A stretch of 64,000 nucleotides of DNA from NCBI GenBank assembly GCA_002269645.1, contig NIVC01000773.1, positions 270,838 to 334,837 of the forward strand, read 5' to 3'. Source of the stretch: Macrostomum lignano. Lineage: Eukaryota. Shown in pieces: positions 1 to 10,569 of the stretch (its first letter is position 1; each line of letters opens with the position of its first letter). The notes below the pieces were generated by a model, which made no database searches, was not told the origin of the DNA, and saw only the letters and a program-made list of their open reading frames with translations. Both the position numbers and the translations under genes were made by a program.

Positions 1-17
1 GCCGACTAAATAGAGAG

Positions 18-275
18 GCTTGCAGCCTAGTGGTTGGAGCGTCGGACTCACGACTTGAAGGTCGGAGGTTCGATACCCGATCCCACTGGAACAACTTGTA
101 TCCTAAATGGGTGCCAATATCTGGGGTAATTGAGGGTGTGTGTGGCGATCTCCCAGCCCTTGGACTGAACAGCCGTACGCAGCCTTCAGATGCGCCGCGC
201 AATAGCTGCGGCTGAGCTGTCGGTTGCACATCTGCCTATTAGGGCAGGTGTAATCAATTATTATTATTATTATTA
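18..275 (+). mobile_element. tRNA-derived SINE, copy 1 (about 46-bp internal deletion of the central domain)
   Basis: Pol III A-box-like GCCTAGTGGTTGGAGCG, B-box GGTTCGATACC and (ATT)n tail at about 256-275. Matches the reverse complement of 3249-3558 except for a block missing between TCCT and AAATGGG. Confidence 0.85.
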
Positions 276-310
276 AGCATAGACAATAAGGGAATACCCA
301 ACTAATAGTA

Positions 311-511
311 GGATCTGCTCAAATAAGAGTAGGGTCTACTCAAATAAGAGTAGGGTCTACTCAAATAAGAGTAGGGTCTACTCAAATAAGAGTAGGATCT
401 ACTCAAATAAGAGTAGGGTCTACTCAAATAAGAGTAGGGTCTACTTAAATAAGAGTAGGATCTACTCAAACAAAAGTAGAGTCTACTCAAATAAGAGTAG
501 GATCTACTCAA
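311..511. repeat. 21-bp minisatellite (CTACTCAAATAAGAGTAGGGT), about 9 copies
   Basis: Tandem periodicity read directly; explains the SRPYSYL repeat ORF. Confidence 0.95.
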
Positions 512-1699
512 TGGAGACTATGTTCTACCAGTACGAGCGTACCAATCGATAGCAATACTGTCCCTAAATCATAGATCAGAATTGGCTAAACCAGATTAAA
601 TGATACCTAACAGTAAATAGTAATGCTGCTAATCTATCAATAAAATTTATGCGGATTCATATACCGTCAGTTGTATTTCTCTGGTCAGTTTCTATGAAAT
701 CCTAGACTGTAGAATGTCGGTCAATTGATGAACTGAAGGAGAAGGAAGCAAGTTTTCCTCGCTTAACATTCCTTCCCGAAGAAAATGTTTTCGGTGCCAT
801 GAATCACGCAGAACTTTCTGGGTACTTTTGCAGCCTAGTTTGCTGCAGAGCTTGTGGTCTGATAACATCTGCTTTCAACCATCATGCATTTGGAAAAAGG
901 CATCAAACAAAAAAACTCGTTATGTTTCAATTCAAAGAATCGTGCCCAAATGATCCAGTTATAACAGCAAGATATTTATTGAAGCTAATTTTAAATCAAA
1001 ATATATTTCATTACAGTAAATATGTTTTTTTAGGAAGAAAAAGCAGAGAAAAGGTTGCAGACTGCATTGACTACAGCGGTGTTACCATGCAGGATTCTTG
1101 CAATAGTTTAAACAAATGAAATCGTTTTTCATTAATATTTTCGTCAAGCTAGATAAACAAATAGAAAACAACACATTCAGAAGAGGTTTTGGCGAGTAAC
1201 CTTCTATATTCTTGGATCTCTTGTATGATGGGAAACTGACCCTGTTCTGCTTACCTCCTGCTTAGTTGGGGTTGGAAAACATCGTGTGTTTCAGAACCTC
1301 CCGCCTCTCTCTCGGTTCTTTCTGCACTTTCAAAGCTTTCATTATTGGCTCTGCCGTGGCATTCCGCTGGCTTGTTGTTTTATTGCCAAGAAAATCCGAG
1401 CCTGAACTGCGGGTAGCGCACATGCGGGCCACTTAGACTCGCTCAATAGCTTTGCGGCGCTGTCTCATTGAAAGCTTTCGCAAAAAACTTTTTTCCTCTC
1501 CAGCCAGCGCGTGACCGTCAAGTTTTGAGTTGGGGGAGAAATTTGAGACGATTCATCAAGAAATTTTCGTCACCGCTGCCATCGTGAAAATTGGGAAATT
1601 TGAAGAATTTGCGAATTCATCTGCTCGCGAAAAAAAACTCTTTCACCATATTGTTTAAATAGTACAAGTATGAGTCGAACTCAATGCTAAACGCGTAGG

Positions 1700-2150
1700 G
1701 CCTCGTAGGGAGCCCTAGAACTACTTTAAGCTGCGGCCGTAGAGAACCCGAAAATCGAATTGACCTTCAAACGAACCCGTAGAGAGCCCGAAAACTTCAA
1801 GCTAACATCGTAGAGAGCCCGAAAGCGTTAAAACTACGATAGTACTAGTAGAAAGAAAGCACAGCACATCAAGCTACGGTCGTAGAGAGCCCAAAAAGTT
1901 TCAGCTTTTAAGCTACGAAGAGATTAAAAAGCCTGAAAACTACGAGCTACTGTCGTAGGGAGCCCCATAAACTCCTAACTACAACCGTAGAGAGCCTGAA
2001 GCCTTCAAGATAACATCGTATAGAGCCCAAAAGCATTACAACCACGACAGTGGAGAGAAACCCCATCAAGCTACAGTAGAGAGGCCAAAAAATTCAGATT
2101 TCAAGCTACGCTCGTACAAAGAAATTAAAAAGCCTAAAAACTCCAAGCCT
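1700..2150. repeat. Degenerate tandem repeat with a CGTAGAGAGCCC..AAGCTAC core
   Basis: Core motif recurs about 8 times at irregular spacing. Confidence 0.6.
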
Positions 2151-2238
2151 CTGGACGTGCAGTTGCACACAGTGAGACAGATACATTTCTTCTACACCTG
2201 ATCCATAGTACATAGCCTAGGCTAATAGCTCGATAACC

Positions 2239-5121
2239 TCAAAGCATAGCGACTGCTTCTTGACCATCGCGGCCTCGCGAATCCACGGCGACCTCAGTTT
2301 TACCCTCGCCGCCGATGTCATCAGCCTCGCGGCGGCAGCAGGGAGCAGTTTGACGCAGCTTCAACCGAACAGCCAGCAGCCACAGCAGTTCGGCAACTTC
2401 GGCCACGCAGACCACGGTGATTCCGCTGAACAGGGCGAGCAGCCCGCCAATCTGGCTGATGAACGCCGACAATCCCAGTATCAAATTCTCCGATTGGACC
2501 TTGGCTTGATCTGGGCCGAACTGCAGAATCACGGTCATAAAGTTGTCCTCCAGGTAGGTGGTGCTTCGCAACAATTCCGTGGCTTCATCTTTGCGTCCAG
2601 CTTCGCGCAGTTGAATAGCCCGACTGTAGACTGACAACCGGTCTTCCATGTGGCCGTACAGACTGGTGTTCCAGATGTAGCGCTCAAATACGTCCAGCAC
2701 CTGAACAGAGGGGTTGTTATTTTATTAGAGCCGCACTGTAAGCCACATTGTCACACATTACTGCGCGCGGATTACAGGCACACACTCACACAGGAGTGTA
2801 CAGCGGCCCTAACTTTATTTATCGTTAGGCATGTACACTTCCCTGTGCCTTGGGGGCTGGCCCTCAAGGGCGTTAATTGCACAAGCAGAGCCAAGCCGGG
2901 ATTCCAATTTTAGGCCAAAATTATGCGACTGCACTTGGAATCGAGCCTGGGCCGCTGGCACATCAGAGCACCGCGCCAGACCACTGGGCTACGAATCCCC
3001 TCTAAGTAAGATGATAATATGTCTAAAATATTTATATTCTGTTCCTTCTGATCTGCCAGTCCTGTACACAGTCTCACTCAGTTCTCATGTCCTCATAGCT
3101 CGGGAGGCCTCAGCAGTCTCCACACTCGATAAGGCTGTGATTGGCTGTTCCTAACGGCAGCAAAGTACGCACGCTCCACCCCTCTGTGCTTTTCATCCCA
3201 ACCAGGTTTATTGCTAGGTTTATTGCAAATTTCTCATTTCCTCACCGATAATAATAATAATAATAATTGATTACACCTGCCCCAATTGGGCCAGATGTGC
3301 AACCGACAGCTCAGCCGCAGCTATTGCGCGGCGCATCTGAAGGCTGCGTACGGCTGTTCAGTCCAAGGACTGGGTGGTCGCCACACACCCTCAATTACCC
3401 CAGCTATGCTGGCACCCATTTTACAGCTGGGTGAACTGAAGCAATGCAGAGTTAAGTGTCTTTCTCAAGGACACAAATTGTCCCAGTGGGATCGGGAATC
3501 GAACCCCCGACCTTCATGTCGTGAGTCCGACGCTCTCATCACTAGGCTACGCTACAGCTTCCTCACCGAGTTCTTGTCGATACCCTTGGACTGGCTGCGG
3601 GCAACGCTGAACTGCACTTGCTGGCAGGGCTTCGGACAGTTCCGGGAGCTCTCCAGATCCTTGAAGCGCTCCCGGTGCTCTGGAGGTACCGGCAATCGGC
3701 CATCGACCTGTAGATTTTTGCATTTGAAAAACTGATAATGACCCATGGAGAAACTATGAAGGGTGGCAGCTTTCCAAACCATAGCAGTCAGCTCACCTGC
3801 AGCACACAGTCCACCCTGTCCAGGTGGTGCAGCCCCACATCAGCCACATCGTAGTAGCGCTGCCTGTCAGCCAGTGGCTTCTGTCGGTGACAGACGGGCA
3901 GCGCGGACTCAAATCCGTGAGTCTCATCGTCCTCAATAGCGTGGGGCATAGAGTCCACAGAGCAGTTGCACAGCTCCTGGTACTTGTCGTGCCGGTGCAG
4001 CATCTCGCACAGGCTCTGAGAATACTTTGTGGACAAGCTCAAGCCCGAATACTGGAACTCGATATCCTCGGGCGTGGACTCCGAGCAGGACCGGCGCTGC
4101 ATGCTGCGTGTGGCCTTCACCAGCACGAAGTTCTGCGTGCCTGGCATGACGCGCAGTCCGTTGTCGATGCTCACCGGGTAGGAGTCGCGCTCGTGCAGGA
4201 ACAGGATGGCCCCGGTGTTGAGGGTCTCCGGGTCGTCCGGGATGCACTTGCTACACTCCAAACTGTCCGTCTCCGAGTCCAGCACCAGGTGGAAGGTGAC
4301 CCGCTCGGCGCTCTCCGCCACCGTGATTGTTGAGCAGGAGAAATAGCCGGGCACCTGAATAAAGTTGATCGTTATAATCGATTGATTGCTAGGAAAACTA
4401 TGAAAGGAACCAGAAAGTCTACGGATTTCATATTTGATTAAAAACACTGAAGTTCTGACTATGCTGTGATGTTTGTGACTCGAGACGAGGCCTCTTGGAA
4501 GTGAGCTGTGTCCATTTTTTCAGTCTAGACAAGCAATCAAGCCGGTACTAAATAATAAAAATACCTGCAGCTTTTCGACCCGCTGGCAAGCCTGGTTGAT
4601 CAGCACTCCATTCTGATGCAGGTGCACGCTGCAGCTCTCGGACAGCACCAGCGGATCTTCGTGAAGCGCTGCCTGAAATTCGGTCAGCCGCAGGTGGTCG
4701 TGATAGGCTACAGGCGACAGCAACTTGGACAGAGCGGCCGCCTGCACCCGAGACTGGGTGGCGGCCGCCAGCTCCTTGACGTGTCGGCTGTAGGCACGGG
4801 GCGTCAGGTTGAACCTGCGCATGCCCGAGTAAGTCATGGGGCTCGCGTCGCAGATGGTGATGTTGGGAAATGCCGGCCTCGGCGTCCACGGCTCGAATGC
4901 CAGAATGACGTCGCCGCGGATGTACACAAAGGTCAGCTTTACCACGTTGTACAGCAGCAGGAGGAAGAAGGCCAGCACGGCAACAAACCAGAGGGTGCGC
5001 AGGCCAGCGGACTTGGCGGACAGGATCCGAGGCAGGCCGCGGACAGACGTTCGCTTCAAACAGTCGAGACACAGCGACCGGACTTCGGACTTTTCCTGCG
5101 GAGGTTTGGAGGCGACCACCC

Positions 5122-5183
<62 letters not shown>

Positions 5184-5188
5184 ATCAT
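2239..5188 (-). CDS. DEG/ENaC (amiloride-sensitive sodium channel family) subunit, 594 aa; exons 5188-4565, 4354-3797, 3707-3567, 2700-2239
   Basis: All three introns are GT-AG, phase 0, and join in frame. TM1 LWFVAVLAFFLLLLYNV, FPNITIC motif, Cys-rich thumb (CNC, CPKPC) and TM2 SQIGGLLALFSGITVVCVAEVAEL are family hallmarks. Confidence 0.92.
3249..3558 (-). mobile_element. Full-length tRNA-derived CORE-type SINE with 11-bp TSD, in intron 3 of the DEG/ENaC gene
   Basis: A/B boxes; central CCCATTTTACAGCTGGGTGAACTGAAGC..GTTAAGTGTCTT..CAAGGACACA resembles the MIR/CORE domain; (TTA)n tail; TSD TTCCTCACCGA at 3238-3248 and 3559-3569. Confidence 0.92.
5123..5179 (-). repeat. Pure (CAG)19 encoding the N-terminal polyQ of the DEG/ENaC subunit
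   Basis: 57 bp of uninterrupted CTG on the + strand, in frame three codons after the ATG. Confidence 0.95.
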
Positions 5189-5644
5189 GAGGGGTTAGCT
5201 AGCGGTGTGATGACGCAATTGCAAACTAAGCCAGGAGTTCTTCCGCTTCACAGATTTTAAATAAGGTTTTATACTCCGTTAAGATGTGTTTGATTGGCTG
5301 CTTGGATGCTGACCAATTGCAAGGCATTATTAAGGCCTCAAAGGAGAAGGCAAGGACTTCTAGGCTACGGAACTGGCAAGAAAGTAGTTAATTGTGCATT
5401 GAGATGCTTCAATGCATGGAACCACAATGTTTTGTTTTTTTTTCACGTAAGAAATGAAAAATAACCGAAAAGCAAGAGATCGATCTCCAAAATATTAACC
5501 AGAGAACTGTTACTCTACAGACACTAACATTTAAGACCGTCTTGCTCAACTGTGGAACAGGAGTTTTAAAGTAAATGTTTTCATTTTTCATAACTCCCAT
5601 CAGTTTCAAAGTGTAAACAAAAGATTGTAGATAACAATGTGTAG

Positions 5645-6330
5645 TTGGTGCTGGCGCCCTTGGTGCTGGCGCCCTTGGTGCTCGCGCCCTTAGTGCTGGC
5701 GCCCTTGGTGATGGCGCCTTTGGTGATGGCGCCCTTGGTGCTGGCGCCCTTAGTGCTGGCGCCCTTGGTGCTGGCGCCCTTGGTGCTGGCGCCTTTGGTG
5801 ATGGCGCCCTTGGTGCTGGCGCCCTTGGTGCTGGCGCCCTTGGTGCTGGCGCCTTTGGTGATGGCGCCATTGGTGCTGGCGCCCTTGTTGGGTGATGGCG
5901 CCCTTGGTGCTGGCGCCTTTGGTGCTGGCGCCCTTGGTGCTGGCGCCCTTGGTGATGGCGCCCTTGGTGCTGGCGCCCTTGGTGATGGCGCCCTTGGTGC
6001 TGGCGCCCTTGGTGCTGGCGCCCTTGGTGCTGGCGCCTTTGGTGATGGCGCCCTTGGTGCTGGCGCCTGGTGCTAGCGCCTTTGGCGCCCTTGGTGCTGG
6101 CGCCCTTGGTGCTGGCGCCCTTGGTGCTGGCGCCTTTGGTGATGGCGCCCTTGGTGCTGGCGCCCTTGGTGCTGGCGCCCTTGGTGCTGGCGCCCTTGGT
6201 GCTGGCGCCCTTGGTGCTGGCGCCCTTGGTGCTGGCGCCCTTGGTGCTGGCGCCCTTGGTGCTGGCGCCTTTGGTGCTGGCGCCCTTGGTGCTGGCGCCC
6301 TTGTTGGGTACTGGCGCTCTTGGTGTTGGC
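5645..6330. repeat. 15-bp minisatellite (GGTGCTGGCGCCCTT), about 45 copies
   Basis: Tandem periodicity read directly; source of the LVLAP/RAPAP/KGAST ORFs. Confidence 0.97.
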
Positions 6331-7139
6331 GCCGCCGCTCGTGCAATTAGCCAACCCCCCCAAGGCACAATGAAGTGTACATGCCTAATGTTAAATAAAG
6401 TTAGGGCCGCTGTACACCCCTGTGTGAGTTGTGCCTGTGCGTATGACTGCGTACGTATCCGCGCGCTTGTGTGCCTGCTCAGGGGAAGTCGGCGGAATGG
6501 GCAGCAATGCCTCTTGCCACCCTGATTATTTTACATTAATGTACTTGATCTGCATAGTAGACGTAGACAGAAAATACATGTCTGTTAGATACAATGAAAC
6601 TCAATTATCCTTAACGAGTTAGACGTCTTAGAGGACAAACAGTGCTGGTAATCAAGATTATATTCTAGTACATGTATTTGTGCGGCCCATTGCTGAGATG
6701 CACTCAGGTTCAGTAATTCTCGCTCACTAATTGGTCATGAACCGTTTGTAATTTAATTTACTGTCTGGTGAAGGGCGAGCTCACCAGTTCAGCTTGTAAA
6801 CGGATAAAGGCTTCCAGCGCAGGAGTCTTGAAGACGTTTTACGTTTCACTCATTTGATGGACAAATACCGCAGGATGTGATAGTGAGGTACGAGTATTGA
6901 TAAGGCGGCTGAGCTGATCTGGGAGGGCGGCTGTAGTGGCCCAATGCAGCAAGTGAGGATCAATAGACAACTGAAGTAGGAGGAAGCTAAACTCGATTTT
7001 CTTAGAACTGTGCTCGAGGGGAAATTTTATATTTGTCTTATCGCCAGTGCATTGGGTATATGCTCTCGAGAACGCATGGGCTGAATGGGGGGTTGTCATA
7101 GACGAATGCGGTTAAGAAACATCCGCGCTAGAAACAGCT

Positions 7140-7990
7140 CGTACCCAGCAACTGGGGATCTGGGAGGCTGGCCCAGCAACTGGGGATCTGGGAGGCTGGC
7201 CCAGCAACTGAGGATCTGGGAGGCTGGCCCAGCAACTGGGGATCTGGGAGGCTGGCCCAGCAACTGGGGATCTGGGAGGCTGGCCCAGCAACTGGGGATC
7301 TGGGAGGCTGGCCCAGCAACTGGGGATCTGGGAGGCTGGCCCAGCAACTGGGGATCTGGGAGGCTGGCCCAGCAACTGGGGATCTGGGTGGCTGGCATTG
7401 GTGGCCCAGCAACTGGGGATCTGGGTGGCTGGCATTGGTGGCCCAGCAACTGGGGATATGGGAGGCTGGCATTGGTGGCCCAGCAACTGGGGATATGGGA
7501 GGCTGGCATTGGTGGCCCAGCAACTGGGGAACTGGGAGGCTGGCATTGGTGGCCCAGTAACTGGGGATCTGGGAGGCTGGCATTGGTAGCCCAGCAACTG
7601 AGGATCTGGCAGGCTGGCATTGGTAGCCCAGCAACTGGGGATCTGGGAGGCTGGCATTGGTAGCCCAGCAACTGAGGATCTGGGAGGCTGGCCCAGCAAC
7701 TGGGGATCTGGGAGGCTGGCCCAGCAACTGTGGACCTGGGAGGCTGGCATTGGTAGCCCAGCAACTGAGGATCTGGGAGGCTGGCATTGGTAGCCCAGCA
7801 ACTGAGGATCTGGGAGGCTGGCATTGGTAGCCCAGCAACTGAGGATCTGGGAGGCTGGCCCAGCAACTGGGGATCTGGGAGGCTGGCCCAGCAACTGTGG
7901 ACCTGGGAGGCTGGCCCAGAAACTGAGGATCTGGGAGGCTGGCCCAGCAACTGTGGACCTGGGAGGCTGGCCCAACAACTAGGGATCTAG
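7140..7990 (+). repeat. 28-bp minisatellite family A (GGATCTGGGAGGCTGGCCCAGCAACTGR), array 1, with GGCATTGGT-insertion variants
   Basis: Tandem periodicity; same unit at 11920-12505 and 38110-38880. Confidence 0.95.
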
Positions 7991-9619
7991 GATGGCAGCG
8001 AAGGCCCAGTACATGTAGAGAATCACCAGTGACCTGATTACAGGTATTCAGTCTAGTGCCACAGAAGACTGCAGTTTCCATAAAAACTGTTTGCATGGGT
8101 GCAGTTCGTACTACTTAGTAGATGCAAAAGCAGTAGCACGATCGGGTTTGAATCCGCGCCTATCACAACCGAGTGTATGGAAGTTGCATATCACTCAGTA
8201 GTATAAAGGAGACTTTTTGTTACTAAAAATGACAAATACTTATTGGACTACTGACACACTCAATTTTACACAGCTCAACTTGTTAGTACAGCAAATTTAG
8301 CCCTGCATATCAACTTTGTGTATTTGTGTATATATAGATTTACTATAATTTATATAATAGATGTTAGATCTAGTTCGCTAAGCCTAAGTAGTACAGATCC
8401 ACAACGAACAACAAACAGACCGACACTTATCAAGTAGTATGCGTTGCGTGTGTGACGATGAATAACAAAAAAGGAGCAGGAAAGGTTTTTTAGAATTTCT
8501 TTATTATTTAATTAAAATAGGACACACAGACATTTCAAAAAACTGGTTTGTTTGCTTTTAGCGCGAAAAATCAACTGTTCTAAAAACACTCGCTCGTTTA
8601 GATTAGTTTCAACTTTTATCGCTTTCTAAGATCGATAGAAAAACACGCACACACGGGAGCCTATAGTGAAATCATATGGACAGCATGTACTTTCTAGGGG
8701 GTTAGTATGTACACTAATCTGCCGAGAGAATGGAGCGAGAGAACACGGGCATGAAGGAGCGCAGGCAAAAGAAGTCTCTAAATTGAACCTGAAATTGCAT
8801 ATCTATGTAGAATTAGAATACAAACAATAATTAAACGCTCACACTTAACTACTGACGCTAAGTAGTAAGCACTAATTAGTTGGGCCTATGGCTAGCGCAG
8901 AGGACTAAAAAACACGCAGAAAAAGTGATTTATATAAAGAGAAGTGAGCAACGCATGTTATAGTGAATAGAGTTACACAGATAATATTAGTTATAACTGA
9001 ACTGGTGCTCTCATTATTACCTTGATTATTTGCGCGTCTCCAGAGGACGAGGATTTTGTTTAAACAAAAATAATAACACAAAACACGGCAATTAACCAAT
9101 TAGTAAGAGTAATAAAAATGAATCAATTAAGTAGTCAATATTTTAGTGCGTAGAACAACTTTTAAAAATCTTCTGCCAGCCAGCGAGCAAAGAAGCAAAT
9201 TATTATCATAATACAAGAGGGAGGCCCGAGCTATGTTCTTGTTGCCAGGGGGGGGGGTTATAACTAATATATGCGCCAGGTGCCTTACTGATTACCATAT
9301 TAGCAATAAAACTATATTTATCAATAGTATTCTTATTAATGCCACGCACAGGTACACAGTGTGTAAGAAAGAAAAAATAAAGCAAAAATTTTTATGACGA
9401 TTTCCACCGCAAATATTTACGATTAAAAGCCGGCTTCTAGTTGAAAACGCGGTTGGATTAACACAGACGAGTGGGCCAACTTAATAATTTGCCCAAAAAA
9501 TAAACATAAAGCGGGAACAACATAGATACACTTAGAAACATATAAGCAAACAGGGGGTTAACGGAAACAAGAAAGTAAATCTCAGAGAGCAAACAGATCT
9601 TAAGGGGTTGGGGAAGGGA

Positions 9620-10070
9620 AAACCCACCAGAGGGAGGCACCGGCGCTAGTCTTATATACTAAAATGGACAGTGAAGCACTGGCTGAACAGGAGCAGTGAG
9701 ACCCACCCTAGAAGGGGGGCACCAGCGCTAGTCTTATATATTAAAATGGACAGTGAAGCACTGGCTGAACGGGAGCTGTGAAACCCACCCAAGAGGGGGG
9801 CACCCGCGCTAGTCTTCTCTATTAAAATGGACAGTGAAGCACTGGCTGAACAGGAGCAGTGAAACCCACCCCAGAGGGGGGCACCGGCGCTAGTCTTCTA
9901 TATTAAAATGGACAGTGAAGCACTGGCTGAACGGGAGCAGTGAAACCCAACCCCAGAGGGGGGCACCGGCGCTAGTCTTCTATACTAAAATGGACAGTAA
10001 AGCACTGGCTGAACGGGAGCAGTGAAACCCACCCAAGAGGGGGGCACCGGCGCTAGTCTTCTATACTAAC
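9620..10070. repeat. 81-82-bp tandem repeat, about 5.5 copies
   Basis: GCGCTAGTCTT anchors at 9643, 9725, 9806, 9887, 9969 and 10050. Confidence 0.95.
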
Positions 10071-10569
10071 GAATGGAGTGTAAACCGGTCTCCGGCCCAT
10101 ACTGGAATAACAGTAAAAAGTGCAAAAAATCAATGGGGAACCGCCTAATGGGACTTTTATATTTTCTGGAGGAGCTAAACATTAGGAGGGGCGCAGGGTC
10201 AGTGCTGTAAGCAACACATCAATCAGCGAAAATTAATTGAACATATAATAGTAATAGTAGTCGAATCAATGCGTACAATAGATGCGTACAATATGTATAT
10301 TATATTTAATTTTCAAGACAGACAGATGAATACGAAACAGGCTAAACGTTTTGGGAGGAAAGGGAGGGGCAGGCAGCAGAGCTGAGTCAGTCAGTTGGGG
10401 CATAAAAACTGAAACTGGATTAACAAAAAAACTTTGCACAATTTCATAAGGTCCACAATCGATTTTTAGTGTTTTCCCAGAGTTCCTCTCCTGTCTTATA
10501 CTATTGAATCGAACTTCCAAAAGTTGTATTGAGGACGTTTAAGGTTGCCGAAATCGATTTATCTCAACC

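Noticed and set aside
24-90. tRNA gene
   Set aside because: A and B boxes are present, but the sequence runs into a SINE body and tail found three times in the window; it is a SINE head.
5409-7990. Long ORFs (up to 322 aa) over the 15-bp and 28-bp arrays, and similar ORFs at 33.7-34.9, 37-38.9, 39.6-40.1, 45-46, 47.9-48.7 and 49.3-52.3 kb
   Set aside because: They are translations of tandem repeats that lack stops in several frames; no domain content or splice support.
9620-10070. Regularly spaced 81-bp units resembling a CRISPR array (also 31855-32495 and 33580-34970)
   Set aside because: Whole units repeat with no unique spacers, there are no cas genes, and the context is eukaryotic.
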